DNA of 64,000 nt, taken from the NCBI RefSeq assembly GCF_001194135.2, contig NC_068988.1:42139644-42203643 (forward strand), written 5' to 3'. Below the pieces are notes generated by a model. It searched no databases. It saw only the letters and a list, made by a program, of their open reading frames with translations, and was not told where the DNA came from. The position numbers and the translations under genes were made by a program. Positions 51,870 through 63,826 of this stretch are shown in pieces (the stretch's first letter is position 1; each line of letters starts with the position of its first letter). The stretch is from Octopus bimaculoides. Taxonomy: Eukaryota.

Positions 51870-52044
51870 ACTATACTGAAAGAAATCGACAATATTTGGT
51901 AGTATTAACACAGCACAACAGAAAACGTTCAGTCAAGAGCTTATCTTTTGCATCTCACATTTTTATGTAATGTTATAAAGTAAAGAACTACAGTTTATAC
52001 ATATACATCATACATACACTGATGGACACACACACACACACACA

Positions 52045-52091
<47 letters not shown>

Positions 52092-52759
52092 ACACATATA
52101 CCTCATGAATCTAGGTGAATCATTTGGAATGGGTGTGTCAGGCATCATTTCTTTTTATAATTATTAACATGAGTAAACTAGTATATGCACGTGCGTGCTC
52201 ACACACACACACATGTGCACACATACACACACATGCACACGCACACACACACACACACAGTTGTTCATACAACTGATTAACATTTTGTAGTATAAATCAA
52301 TTAATTAGCTGTGTATTTAACATGGACTACATTAAACAAAATCTCTTACAATGTTTCATTATAGCATTTTTCATTTTCCCATGAGTAAAATCGATAAGCT
52401 TTGTGTTATGCCTGATGTCCCAGTCAATTTACCTTGGAGGTGTTTTTAAAGATTCTTTGAAAATTGAAATGTCATCATGTAAAAAGTAAAGATCTTGTAC
52501 TTTTTATTTTTTAGGTCTTAGTCAGATGAAGGGCAATGCATCCAGGGTCCTTTCCTGGGCTCCTGTGACTGGTAGGATGGAAGAAGGAAGTAAAGAAACC
52601 TCAGGCTGGAGAAGTGCCTCCAAATGATTGCAATAGATTAGAAGTTGCTAAAAGTACCCCAGAATCAAATAGTGGTGTCAAATAAGGTGCTAGATAAAAT
52701 CTACCCCTTGAGAATAGAAATAGTCTACTCAAAGCACTTCCACATTATTTCTATGGACC

Positions 52760-53040
52760 CCATTTCACTCAAAAGGCTTTAATCAGCTCAGGGCTATGGT
52801 AGAAGACACTTACCCATAGTTCTACAGTGGAACAGAACCCAGATCTTGGAGCCATGTGGTTTGGGAACAAGCTGCTTACCACACAGCTGTGTCTGATAAC
52901 ATAGATATTAGACCAGAAATTTGTGGGGCCAAAACAGATAAGTTTATTAACCTCAGAACTTAATTGGTACTTTATGTTATTGACTCTGGAAGGATGACAG
53001 GCAAAAGTTGATTCCAACAGGTTTGAAGCATCAACATCAA
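52760..53040 (-). mobile_element. Degenerate family B head followed by a degenerate family A core
   Basis: GGCTATGGTAGAAGACACTT...CCATGTGGTTTGGGAACAAGCTGCTTACCACACAGC; GGAAGGATGACAGGCAAAAGTTG. Confidence 0.65.
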
Positions 53041-53749
53041 TAATAGGAATAAACACTGCATGGCATATTGTTCAATCTTCAGTTGATTCTGTTCCTAACA
53101 TTGACACAAGGCCACAGATTTGAGTACAGAAGTGCAATTAACTGAATCAGTACTGGCATTTTGTTTTTGTAGCAGAACACTTTATTCTACACTGCATTAG
53201 TTCCCTTAACTGTTGATATGATTAGGTACCCCTGAACATTTTTGAATATGCTTGTTTGTGCTGTTCAGATGATGGTTTATATCTCTTCATCTTTGTTACT
53301 GTTATATTTTGTGGACAAGACACTTTAATCAATATTATTTCACTCCACATAGATGACAAGGTACCAGATTACTGGGGATTGTTACCTGTGATATCATTTT
53401 AACATATCTAGGGCAGATCACCTTAATCTGCATTACCTCACTTCACCTAGCCATTGACAAGAATAGGTAGGTACCACCTGATCAAGGATATGTCATCTGT
53501 AATAGATTGGCTTTATATCCAGGGTGAGATTTACATCTTATTTCAGTGTTCTGTGGCAGAACATTATATTGTACATTACTTCAGTCCACGCTGTCAGTAG
53601 AAATAGACTGGTATCAGATCATCTCAGGAATGTTTTATCTGTGGTAACCTGGTATTTTGCCCAGAGGGGAAAATTATTAATCATCTTTATTCTGTTTCTA
53701 TTGGGAAAAACAAGTACCACTACAGGTATCACATGTATATCTTCATCAT

Positions 53750-54205
53750 CATCATCATCATCATCATTTAACACCCATTTTCCATGCTGGCATAGGTTGG
53801 ATGATTCCTGTTGAAACTGGCAAGGCAAGGCAAGGGGCTGCATCAGATTCCATTGTCTCTTTGGCTTGGTTTCTATGAATGGATGCCCTTCCTAACACCA
53901 ACCACTCCACAGTGGGTGCTTTTTAAGTGGTATCAGTACCAGTGCTTTTTACATGGCACCAACACACAAACCACTGCTTTTTACATGGCACTTTGGTTTT
54001 AGGATCTCAAATCTGTTGTGGTGGGTGGGTCTTCTCAAGTACAGCAATGTGCCACATATCTTGGTCCTCTGTCGTCTCCTTCATAAGGTTCAGCATTTTG
54101 AAATCAGCTTTCAATATGTCCCGTGTCTTCCTGGGTCCCCCTCTTCCACAACTTTCCTCCACTTAAAGTGATTAATATTTCTTTGTGCAACTGTCCTCAT
54201 CTTGG
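53750..54205 (-). mobile_element. RTE LINE 3' fragment with (GAT)n tail
   Basis: DEDSCTKK...CGRGGPRKT...DQDMWHIAVLEKT; 3' UTR shared with 62672-63610. Confidence 0.8.
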
Positions 54206-54571
54206 TATATCATCTTGGTAATGACATACATGTGATAGATTGACATGTTATCCAGAGAAGGAGATTTATGTCTCATCAACTCTCCAACTATATTTGGCAA
54301 TGCCTCATTTCACTCTATCTGAAAAGAATTGACAATACTGGGCAGTATTAATACAACACAACAGGAAATGTTCAATCAAGACCTTGTTTTCTGTATCGAA
54401 TATTTTTACGTAATGTCATAAAATAATGGACTACAATGTATGCATATTAACACACACACACACACACACACACCTCATGAATCTGGGTGAATGATTTTGA
54501 ATAGGTGTGCCAGGCATCATAGGTTACAAGTGAAAGACCAGCATTATATCATGAAGTGAGTGGGGTAGAAG

Positions 54572-55243
54572 CAGTGGCAGTTCGTAGATAAAATTAGAGT
54601 GGGTGTTGCTTCAGAAAATGTTTAGCTGTTGTTTAATATTGTGTAAAAGGAAACAAGCATATAAAAAGAAAATTTATACATAAACTTGATCGGTTTGCAT
54701 TTTAGTCACTGCCAGGTAGTGTGCTTAATTTGTTCACTGAACACTGCCACGAAATCCCCCTTGTTTTTCAAAAATTCCCCCTAAATTACAAAATAAGGGG
54801 TTGAAATGTGTCCTGGCAGTAACACTGAAGCTGGAAGCAGGATAATAATCTAATTCTACACTTTATCACATTCAAGAATATAAACACTTTTTAAGCACAA
54901 TACACACAGTATAAAAGAAACACTGCCTTTCACCCGGCACAGTCATTCATGCAATGCTCTCTCTCCCTAACGTGAAGCTTCCTATCTTGGACATGTGAGC
55001 ATGCGCACAACAGCCAAACACCACATCACTGGAACTGTGAAGTGCATAGTTCTATACAAGGATTTTGTATTTTTTTCATAAACTAGGGATGGTTACTAAC
55101 ATTAAGCTTAAGGATTATATAATGTACAAGTATAAAGAAAGAATTAAAGAAGAAAGGACTCATTATATTGAATGTTATCGATAATATCGAGTGGAAATAG
55201 TGGGTGCTGCAGTTCCGCAGTTCCTATACATGAACCGCCGCTG
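54572..55243. mobile_element. Possible Harbinger-like MITE
   Basis: 12-bp TIR CAGTGGCAGTTC / GAACCGCCGCTG (differences are CpG transitions); no clear TAA/TTA TSD. Confidence 0.3.
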
Positions 55244-56353
55244 GGTGGAAGTATACTTGTCTTTTTTCTATATCTTCCTAATGTTGTCAAAGCAAAGCTA
55301 AGCATCAACATTTTAAAGTTCATCATGGTTCAGAAATCAGTTATATATTATTGGAAATTACAAAAAATTTATATATCCTGCTAAGAGAGTTGATGAGAGG
55401 CAAAATACGATTGTGTCACACAAGGCTTAAAACCTGTGACCTGTAAAACATGTGGCATGAGGCTAAAATAGTTTGTGGAATGGAGGTACATGTGGCTGAA
55501 ATTATCATCCATACATGAATGACAAGGGAATATTTTATTGAAGTCACAAAATGCCTCTTGTGGGAATGAAGAAGTAGAAAATATATGGATTGAGCCTAAT
55601 TACACTAATTACTGGGGTACCTAATCCAATAACAGTTTCCATGACAACAGCACGAAGCAGCAGAGGCCTATGTCATCACTTATGTTAGATGTTGTTTTGT
55701 GTATTATTTTCTTTATGTTAAAAATGAAGCCTTACAAGCTATGCTCATTTCTTTGTGGTTAATTATAGCTGTCACAACTAAATGGGTTTATCAATTTGTA
55801 GAGAATGTGAATAAAACTATTTTAATTGTTATCATGTGGTTTTGTTTATTTTGGTCGAATTCACAATTCCATATATTGGTGATCCCAATGTGATTCCAAC
55901 TTGTACATTTCTGATAAAAGAATTTCTTGTTATAATTCAGTTTTTCAGAACCCCTTCTTTTTGTTTTATTCAATCTTGCTTCTCACAATATAGAAACATT
56001 TCTCATGGCACCAGCAGACAAAACGGAAAAGGCATTGCCCCAGATGATAACAAGGGAGATGCACTGGAACAGCCACTCTGATTCATGGGGCTTGCACTTG
56101 TGGACAGCAATCTCTGCCTGATAGCAGTGAGCAGGGATATGGTCCAGGGACCAAACAAGCAACATTTTACTCTTCACTACTTTAAATATCAGTGGCTAGG
56201 AACTAATGTAGCAAATATCTCATGTTGTTATATTTGTAGAGCATCAGAGATGTGACTACAAATCCACAGATTTGCAGTTCACTATAGTTAATGACCATCA
56301 TCACTTTCTGGAGAATTCACCATCAGCAACTTCTATGAGAACAGCAAGCAGTA

Positions 56354-56417
56354 GAACCAACCTGCATCATCAAATTTCAAACTACTCTGTCTGAAATTTG
56401 ATGATGCAGGTTGGTTC
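56354..56417. repeat. Perfect 26-bp inverted repeat with 12-nt loop
   Basis: GAACCAACCTGCATCATCAAATTTCA-AACTACTCTGTC-TGAAATTTGATGATGCAGGTTGGTTC. Confidence 0.95.
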
Positions 56418-57753
56418 AGTGCCATCTTCATCATCTACACAAAATAAAACTGCAAATGAGCTTATGTCAGCACTTTTCTAACCAGTCAGTGACTAAGACT
56501 GATGTTACATTAACAAGTGTTGCTGTTAGGAGAAACTATGAAAGAGGAAATGTTAGCAATACTTGTCTGCCAGGTATGCAGCCCATTGTAGAGTGGTGGG
56601 GCCAATGAAAATAGCCTAGAGACCAAGTTACAGTGTATATGTAATCATAGAATTTTTGCTAGTCATCATAGTAAAGATAGTCGCAGCAAATATAGCTGCA
56701 CACAACTAAAGTACACATAGTCCTAAAGATTTTGCCAGTCATCATAGCAAAGGTGGTCACAGTAGATATAGCAACAATGGACAGCAAATCAACTATGATA
56801 TTTTAAAATTATAGCAATGGGCAGCAGCTCAGTTATGAAGTATGAAAACATTGAAAGGATGACAAGTAGACCCAATAAAGAGGACAGCAGACTAGCTATG
56901 AAATAATCAATTTATGTAAATCTTTTCTTAGCAACTTAAATACTGCTATATAGAACATCAGCTAGCTGAATTATCATACATCCAACTAGTATAGCTACAG
57001 CTGAGCTCACACAAAAACTACAGAGTTTGCCAGACACCCTTTTTATAAACAACTTAGACTCTCAGCCTGTTCAAGGTCAATTGTTCCCATGAATGGTGAT
57101 AAATTTTCCTATCAGTATGCTTACTTTCTTCCCTACTTAATACAGTTGCATTACACACACATACGTATGTGTATGAACCACACACACACAAGCACATATG
57201 TATGTGTGTTGTATATGTACATTCATCTCTATATACATAACAATCACTGTATGTATAACATTCGGCATTTCAGGTATATCTGTAAAATACTTCTATTTTG
57301 AGTATTTTTAACTTAGATATCAAAAATGAAATTTTAAATCAAATGTACATTTTATTGTCACAGCTACTTTGATTTATTGATCAGTAGGGAATATAAATAA
57401 GACAATTCCAACAATTACCACATGTATTTTTGCTTCTCTTCAAATCTATATTTCATTACATGACTATATGTATATATGTGTGTGTATACATACATAAATG
57501 TGTGCATGTATGTGTGTGTGTACATGTCAATATATTATACATAAATATATATATATATCATTTCGCCATGATAGATCACTGACCACTACACACATTTTTT
57601 TTTCTCTCCTTGTTTCTTTCTGTGTTCCTTTCTGTGGAAGAGCGTAGGCTCAAAATGTTAAAGACTTTCTCAATTCCCGAGCATTATACTAATACATCTA
57701 TTTGTTTTCTACACCACCTGTCTTCGCCTGTTGTTTTTTTGTGAATTCTCCCT

Positions 57754-57794
<41 letters not shown>

Positions 57795-57919
57795 TATAAA
57801 ACAAAATAGAAAGTAAAAACTAAAGAAGATTTGTTTTATATGGTTAAAAAATATCTTAAAATTGTCATGTTAGGAAAATGATATAAAATTTTGTGTATAG
57901 TATCGCACAAAATTTTATA

Positions 57920-58250
57920 TCAATATGAAGACTAAAAGAAGTAGCACATATGTTAGGACACAACAACCTCCTAAGCAGTCCGAGTGCAGATATGAATAGC
58001 ATATGGGAACCAGTGTTGAGGAAGGATAGGAAAATATTAGATTTATAAGCCCTAAAATTCACTCCATAATTGCCCATGGGCATATGGCGTAGTGGTTAAG
58101 AGCGTGGGTTACTAATACCAAGATTCCGAGTTCAATTTCAAGCAGTGACCTTATTAATAATAATAACATCAAAAATGAGAACCCAGCCGAAATGTGTTAA
58201 CAACAAACAAGATGAGGGCAAATATCTGTCAAATGTAAATAATGTACCAG
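57920..58250 (+). mobile_element. PLE ORF end + tRNA-like head + (AAT)n + hammerhead block with core deleted
   Basis: ...KDRKILDL* stop at 58046-58048; TGGCGTAGTGG A box; GAGTTCAATTTC B-box-like; GAGAACCCAG joined directly to CCGAAA-TGTGTT. Confidence 0.75.
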
Positions 58251-58332
58251 GTTATTAGTATCACTATGCCTAAGCAAAATAATAAAATATATATATGTGT
58301 GTATGTATGTATGTATATATATATATATATAC

Positions 58333-58668
58333 CTCAATGCTTCTAAAGCAAACTTCGTTTACTTTCATTGTAATTTGAATCTAATGTACGATAGCGTCTT
58401 ATAAAGTGGGATTTATATATCCTAAATTTGCAGAAGAATTTGTTGTTGGATCAGTTTAGCTTAAAGGTAAAGCACTGTGACGCGTAATTATAGGGATGTG
58501 AGTTTGAGTCTCATGGCTGGCCGCCAACAAATTTTTCTGCAAAATGTGGATAGTTTATCCTATATTATTAGCATTATCCTGTGATTGAGAATAAAATTAT
58601 TTCGTTATCTTTCAATACATCTCAATGCTTCTAAAACAAACTTTGTTTACTTTCATCGTAATTTGAAT
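58333..58668 (+). mobile_element. 48-bp direct repeats enclosing a tRNA-like sequence framed by a 26-bp inverted repeat
   Basis: DR 58333-58380 / 58621-58668 (45/48 identical); IR 58420-58445 / 58525-58550; tRNA-like 58447-58526 ending CCGCCA. Confidence 0.65.
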
Positions 58669-58720
58669 TTAATATATATACATATTCCCACACACATACA
58701 TATATATGTGTGTGTGTGTA

Positions 58721-58874
58721 GAAGGGAAACAAAGAAAGCTTCTGACAATGTGGAAAGTTTCACAAAACTTTTATATTTCAGGCACAAAGGCCCATCCTCA
58801 GAAGAAAAACAAGTCTGAGATTTGTATTTTGAGAAACTTTCCACGTTGTCAGAAGTTTTTTTGTTTTCTCCTTC
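58721..58874. repeat. ~48-bp imperfect inverted repeat with a hammerhead-like loop
   Basis: GAAGGGAAACAAAGAAAGCTTCTGACAATGTGGAAAGTTTC versus GAAACTTTCCACGTTGTCAGAAGTTTTTTTGTTTTCTCCTTC; minus-strand loop CTGAGGA-T-GGGC...GCCT-GAAA. Confidence 0.75.
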
Positions 58875-58924
58875 ATCGATATTACAACACTTCAAGCAAA
58901 CTACGACACTCTCATAGCAGTTGC

Positions 58925-59260
58925 TGGCATGACTGTCTGGTAAGAAGCTTGCTGCCTAACCACATGGTTTTGGGTTCAGTCCCTCCATGTGGCACCTTGG
59001 GCAAGTGTCTCCTTCTGTAGCCTTGGGCTGACCTAAGCCTTGTGAATGGATGTGGTAGACAGAAACTGAAAGAAGCCAGTCGTGTGTGTGTATGTGTATG
59101 TGTGTGTGTGTGTATGTGTGTGTGAATATGTGTGCACGTGTCTTTATGTCTATCTTTGTGTCTACCCCACCTCATCTCCCCCACTTAGTACTCAATACAT
59201 TCAAATAAAAACTCTTCTAGGTGGTGTCTCAGCATGACTGCAGTCTAATGACTCTACTGG
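58925..59260 (+). mobile_element. Family B SINE, CpG-decayed and internally deleted
   Basis: GGTAAGAAGCTTGCT...GGCACCTTGGGCAAGTGTCT...GAAACTGAAAGAAGCC. Confidence 0.8.
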
Positions 59261-60639
59261 ATCAGTACTGATCTGACAGCTAATCAACCTCCCTATCCAT
59301 GTAAATGTCTATTAATCCTTGTATAGAAAGCATAGTTTCAAGCTCAAAACCAGTGTGTGACTATATAAACACCCAGGAATAAAACTTAATGACAGAGTTT
59401 ATATCAATCAAAATTTAATGTAGACACAGCTATAAATGTTGTAAATATACACTCTAAGAATTAAATCAATAGTATGGAAGTGAATGTAATCTGAGGGAGA
59501 TTCGGTTGTTCACTCAAGCAGAATGGGTGACTATACTAAATACTCTCTCTCTCCTTGAGCTGCTTTTTAGGGCCAGAGCAGAGCTTAGCTTTAGTTGCAA
59601 GATATTAAGGGGAGGTAAAATAAATCTCCAAGTTAATAGGGTGTCAAACTGTGAACCAAAGTGTCTAGTGGTCATATCTTGTTTACAACACAGCACTGCA
59701 CTCATGGTGAAGACATCTAACTAACTTGGTTTGTCTTGCTGTAAATAGGTAAATTATTATCATTAACATCGTCACTATCATCGTCATTATTGTAGGAGCT
59801 TTTTTTATATATATATTTGCTTTTCCATGTTAGCATGTGTTAGAAGGAAATGTGAAAATATAGATATAAAATGCCTCTTAAGTCATACATCTTTAAAGGA
59901 CAGATGTTTAATTCTGGTTTCTTTGATATGAAATGGATGAGAAATGAATATCCTCCTGGATAGTATGTTATTCTCTAACAGGTAACATTCCCCCAGAACA
60001 TTTGGCTCCTATCTATTTCTGCCAACAGTTGAGTTAAGTGAGGTGATGTCCTGGCCAGAAAATTGTAAAACCATTATAAATCGTCTTTGTTTTTATAGAC
60101 CCAGGTTAGCCCTGATCCAAAAAATGTGTGCTCAAAAACATCCAGTCTTAACAATCCTTTTGGGTGGGGGACTTTTTTTTTTTTTTTTTACATTGGAAGC
60201 GGGTTCTGTTACAGAAATACTTTATCTCTCACTGTATGTTACTAAAAAATCCACATAGAAAAAAAGTAAGTCTTTCTGTAGGTTGAGATTATTTAACAAC
60301 AAATTTACATTGCATCGGTTAGACAGACTTATGACCAATGCCTTTTAGCCCCGATTATCTTGTTTCTTTCTTTTTTTTTCTTTTCTTTTTTTATATAGTT
60401 TAATGCATTCTTCCCTCTCATAATTTGAGGAAGATTTGCCTGTTATTTTTAACAAGTCGGCAACTAATTCCAGATTCTCCAGTCGTCTTTTCATAGACCA
60501 TTGTTGTTCTTTCTTAGCCCGAGATCGGCCCTGTCAAGGTACTTTTATGAACAACAGAATTCCTTTTTTAAGACGGAATATTTGTGGAATATATTGCTAT
60601 TATTTCTAGCAGTTGGTAAGGAAACAGGGAACTAAAGAA

Positions 60640-61255
60640 AGGACAAGAAAACAAAATGTAGATCGAAATATATCCCGAGTCGAGAAAAACAACTGTTTCC
60701 CAGATCCGTAAATCATATATCGTATTTATATTCATAAGGATCAATGTCTTCCATATATTTATTTTATTTAACTAAGTAAACATTTCCATGATACATAAAC
60801 GAGAGACAAAGACAGAGAGGTCAAGTATGAAAGAGAAAGAGCATCTGTGTATGTGTATGTGTGACAGAGAGAGGAAGTCATATATGTGGGCGAGAGAGGG
60901 AAAGAGAGAGATAGCATATATATGATAAGAGCGCGTCTACATATGAGAACAGAGAGATAAAAGAGAAAGAGGGAGAGAGGGAGAGAGAGAGAGAGCAGCC
61001 GCGCACGCGTGTGTAAATGAAAAAAAAAAAGAAAAGAAAGTGTGAGGGTGATAGAGAATGGATGAGAAAGAAAGAGAGAGAGCGCGGTAGAGTGGGTGAG
61101 TGTGTTTGTTGATGAATTGTATACAGCAAGATCTCGTAACAGTATTATATGATACTCGACCTGTCTATCGTTTTCATTTTTTAGAATATATTTACAAACA
61201 ACAGGGCTTGGTTTTTAGATTCTGAAGAGGAGAAATAAACCGCAATTTTCTCATA
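60640..61255 (+). promoter_or_regulatory. CpG-retaining, GA-rich putative promoter or 5' UTR region
   Basis: CpGs reappear (GCCGCGCACGCGT, GAGCGCGG); GAGA tracts; lies directly upstream of the coding exon; acceptor-like TTTTCATTTTTTAG ends at 61184. Confidence 0.35.
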
Positions 61256-61861
61256 ATGGCAGCTACATTGTTCGTTATTAAATTGCCGAAGCAAAAATCA
61301 TGTTTGTCAAAACTCGAACGGAGTAATTCAAGTTCCGAGCTGTTGTTAGAAACCGCACCTAACTCTGATTTATTATTCGGGGATAACCAAAACACCAATT
61401 GTTCCTTTAATGATAATATTTCGTCTACAAAGGTTTGTGAAGCATCCGAAGCTGTCTCTCCAAAATCAAGCAATGACAACACTATTACATCTACGGTTTC
61501 CAACAACGTCAATTACAGAAGTGTTGGTAGTGACAGCAGTAATATTAGTAATAAAAATGATAAGTCTGGTGCAAACAGTATTAATGTTTTGGATCAAGAG
61601 TCCGGTGGATCGATAGGAAAGGATGATGTTGACGTGCAAATCAAAATCAGTGGTTCGGACGTTAAAGGTCAGGGTAACAATAAAACACTGGCGATCGAAA
61701 ATTCCGCATCGAGTAACTTGAATGAAGGATCACCTCAGCTGGGCGCAGATTCACGAGATCGAACAGTGAAATTGGAGTGTAGATTCCAAGTGACACCTAT
61801 AGATGAAACAGAACCCGAACATGAAATGCAGGATTTTATCCCTAAGGAAACCCCTGAAACG
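61256..61861 (+). CDS. First coding exon (202 codons) of a host gene; Ser/Asn-rich N-terminus with RFQV motif, possibly an SLC12/KCC-type cation-chloride cotransporter
   Basis: 606-nt non-repetitive open frame; ATAATGG Kozak; in-frame TGA at 61223-61225; phase-0 donor ACG|GTAAGA at 61861/61862; RFQVTPIDE at aa 176-184. The gene family call is inference from one short motif. Confidence 0.75.
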
Positions 61862-61961
61862 GTAAGAAAATTTATTTTTTTCTTTTTGGCAGGTGCATGA
61901 CAATGTGCCCATATTTGCTGACATAAATATACATACATAAATTCATGCATTCATGTAGTGA

Positions 61962-62170
61962 AGGTGCGTGGCGTAGTGATTAGGGAGCTACACTCTGGAT
62001 CGTAAGATTGTGGTTTCGATTTCTGGACCGGATAATCTTTTTTTGATTGAAACAAACAGGAAAAAAAATCTGTGTTCTTGAGCAAAGCACTACATTTCCC
62101 GTTGGTAAGAATACGTCACAGAATACGGGGAAACCGGATACATGAGCCTATATGACTCAGGAAGGACCTT
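61962..62170 (+). mobile_element. tRNA-derived SINE (family F)
   Basis: A box TGGCGTAGTGA, B box GGTTTCGATTTC, core TGTGTTCTTGAGCAAAGCACT. Confidence 0.65.
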
Positions 62171-62671
62171 TATACAACCATATATAATGGTTCTTAATGA
62201 TAAGTATTCCATTCAGGATTAACTGTCCACTCAATGAACTACAGTGTAGATATTATTAACTTAATCCTCTAACAAAGTCAGCGTAACACAATGTATCAGT
62301 TGCAGGTACAGTCTAACCGATGGCACACCAGAATATCTATAGGTTCGTAACATTATAAATGTTCATACACATTTATAATTAAATATGTGTGTATATATAT
62401 ATATATATCATTTGTAGAAAACAAATCCGAAGGAGAAGCACACTCGAAGCACTCTAAGATGTAGAGCTGTGTATATTTTAAAATGGGGAAGGCCTGTTCG
62501 TGGGAGGGGGAAAAGCCTTGGTACTGAGGCCTTTCTCCCTCCATATTTTGAAGAGGTCTTAGACCAACAGGTTTTGAGGTCTGACGATACGCCATAAAGC
62601 TAAACCTTTTATGGAGGGGAAACCCAGGGTAATCCCATAAACCGGCCTTCCTTATTTCAGTATATATCATC

Positions 62672-63610
62672 ATCGTCATCATCATCATTTAACGTCTGCT
62701 TTCCATGCTGGCATGGGTTGGACGGTTTGACTGGAGACTGGTGAGCCAGATGGCTGCACCAGGCTCCAATCTGATCTGGCAGAGTTTCTACAGCTGGATG
62801 CCTTTCCTAATGCCAACCACTCCAAGAGTGTAGTGGGTGCTTTTACGTGCCACCAGCACAAGGGCCAGTCCAGCGACACTGGCAACGACCTCGCTCGAAT
62901 GTTGTTTTCTACGTACCACCGGCACAAGTGCCAGTAAGGCGAAGCTGGTAATGATCATGCTCGAATGGTGCTTTTTACATGCCACCGGTACAAGGGCCAG
63001 TCAGCGGCCCTGGCAACGATCATGCTTGGATGGTGCTCTTAGCGCTCCACTAGCACAGATGCCAGTCATGTGGTGCTGTCATCAAATTTGATTTCGATTT
63101 CATTTGCCTCAATAGGTCTTCACAAGCAGAGTTTAGTATCTAATGAAAGAAAAGTACGCCTAAGTGGGCTGGTTACATCACTGGCATAGGCCACAGGTTA
63201 TAGTCTGACTTGGCTTGCTGGGTCTTCTCAAGCACAGCATATTTCCAAAGGTCTTGGTCACTAGACATTGCCTCGGTGAGGCCTAATGTTTGAAGGTCGT
63301 GATTCACCACCTCATCCTAGGTCTTCTTGGGTCTACCTCTTACACAGTTTCCCCTCAACTACTAGGGTGTGACACTTTTTCACACAGCTATCCTCATCCA
63401 TTCATACCACATGACCATACCAACGCAGTCGTCTCTCTTGCACACCACATCTGATGCTTCTTAGGTCCAAATTTTCTCTCAAGGTACTTACACTCTGTCA
63501 AGTATGCACACTGACATTACACATCCATCGGAGCATACTGGCTTCATTCCTTGCAAGCTTATGCATGTTCTCAGCAGTCACGTCCCATGTAGCATGGCTG
63601 TTCGTACACA
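62672..63610 (-). mobile_element. RTE-clade LINE 3' portion with (GAT)n tail
   Basis: Frame-shifted LHG.TWAVTAENMHKLARNEASMLRWMCNVS...RRLRWYGHV...DEDSCVKK...RGRPKKT.DEVV..DL..LGL...W.YAVLEKT; terminus ACCCATGCCAGCATGGAAAGCAGACGTTAAA-(TGA)n. Confidence 0.88.
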
Positions 63611-63649
63611 TGGAGGACTATGATAAATAGGAGGGGGCTGAGGACTGAA

Positions 63650-63780
63650 GACTTATTTTTTGTAAGCCTAGTAGTTATTCTATCAGTCTTTTTTGCCAAA
63701 CCGCTAAGTTTCAGGGATGTTAAGACACCAACACCAGTTGTCAAGTGATGGTGGGAGCACAAACACACACACACACACAA

Positions 63781-63826
<46 letters not shown>

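Noticed and set aside
52515-52571. Possible 57-nt plus-strand exon (TTTTATTTTTTAG|...|GTAGGA; LSQMKGNASRVLSWAPVT)
   Set aside because: Mediocre donor and no recognisable homology; it would need RNA-seq junction support.
55144-55378. Minus-strand acceptor plus a 60-aa small ORF (MMNFKML...)
   Set aside because: The ORF runs through a putative MITE end and has no donor or homology.
61192-61512. Minus-strand ORFs overlapping the coding exon (also 61735-61950)
   Set aside because: Antisense shadows; the plus frame has the Kozak context, longer frame and splice donor.
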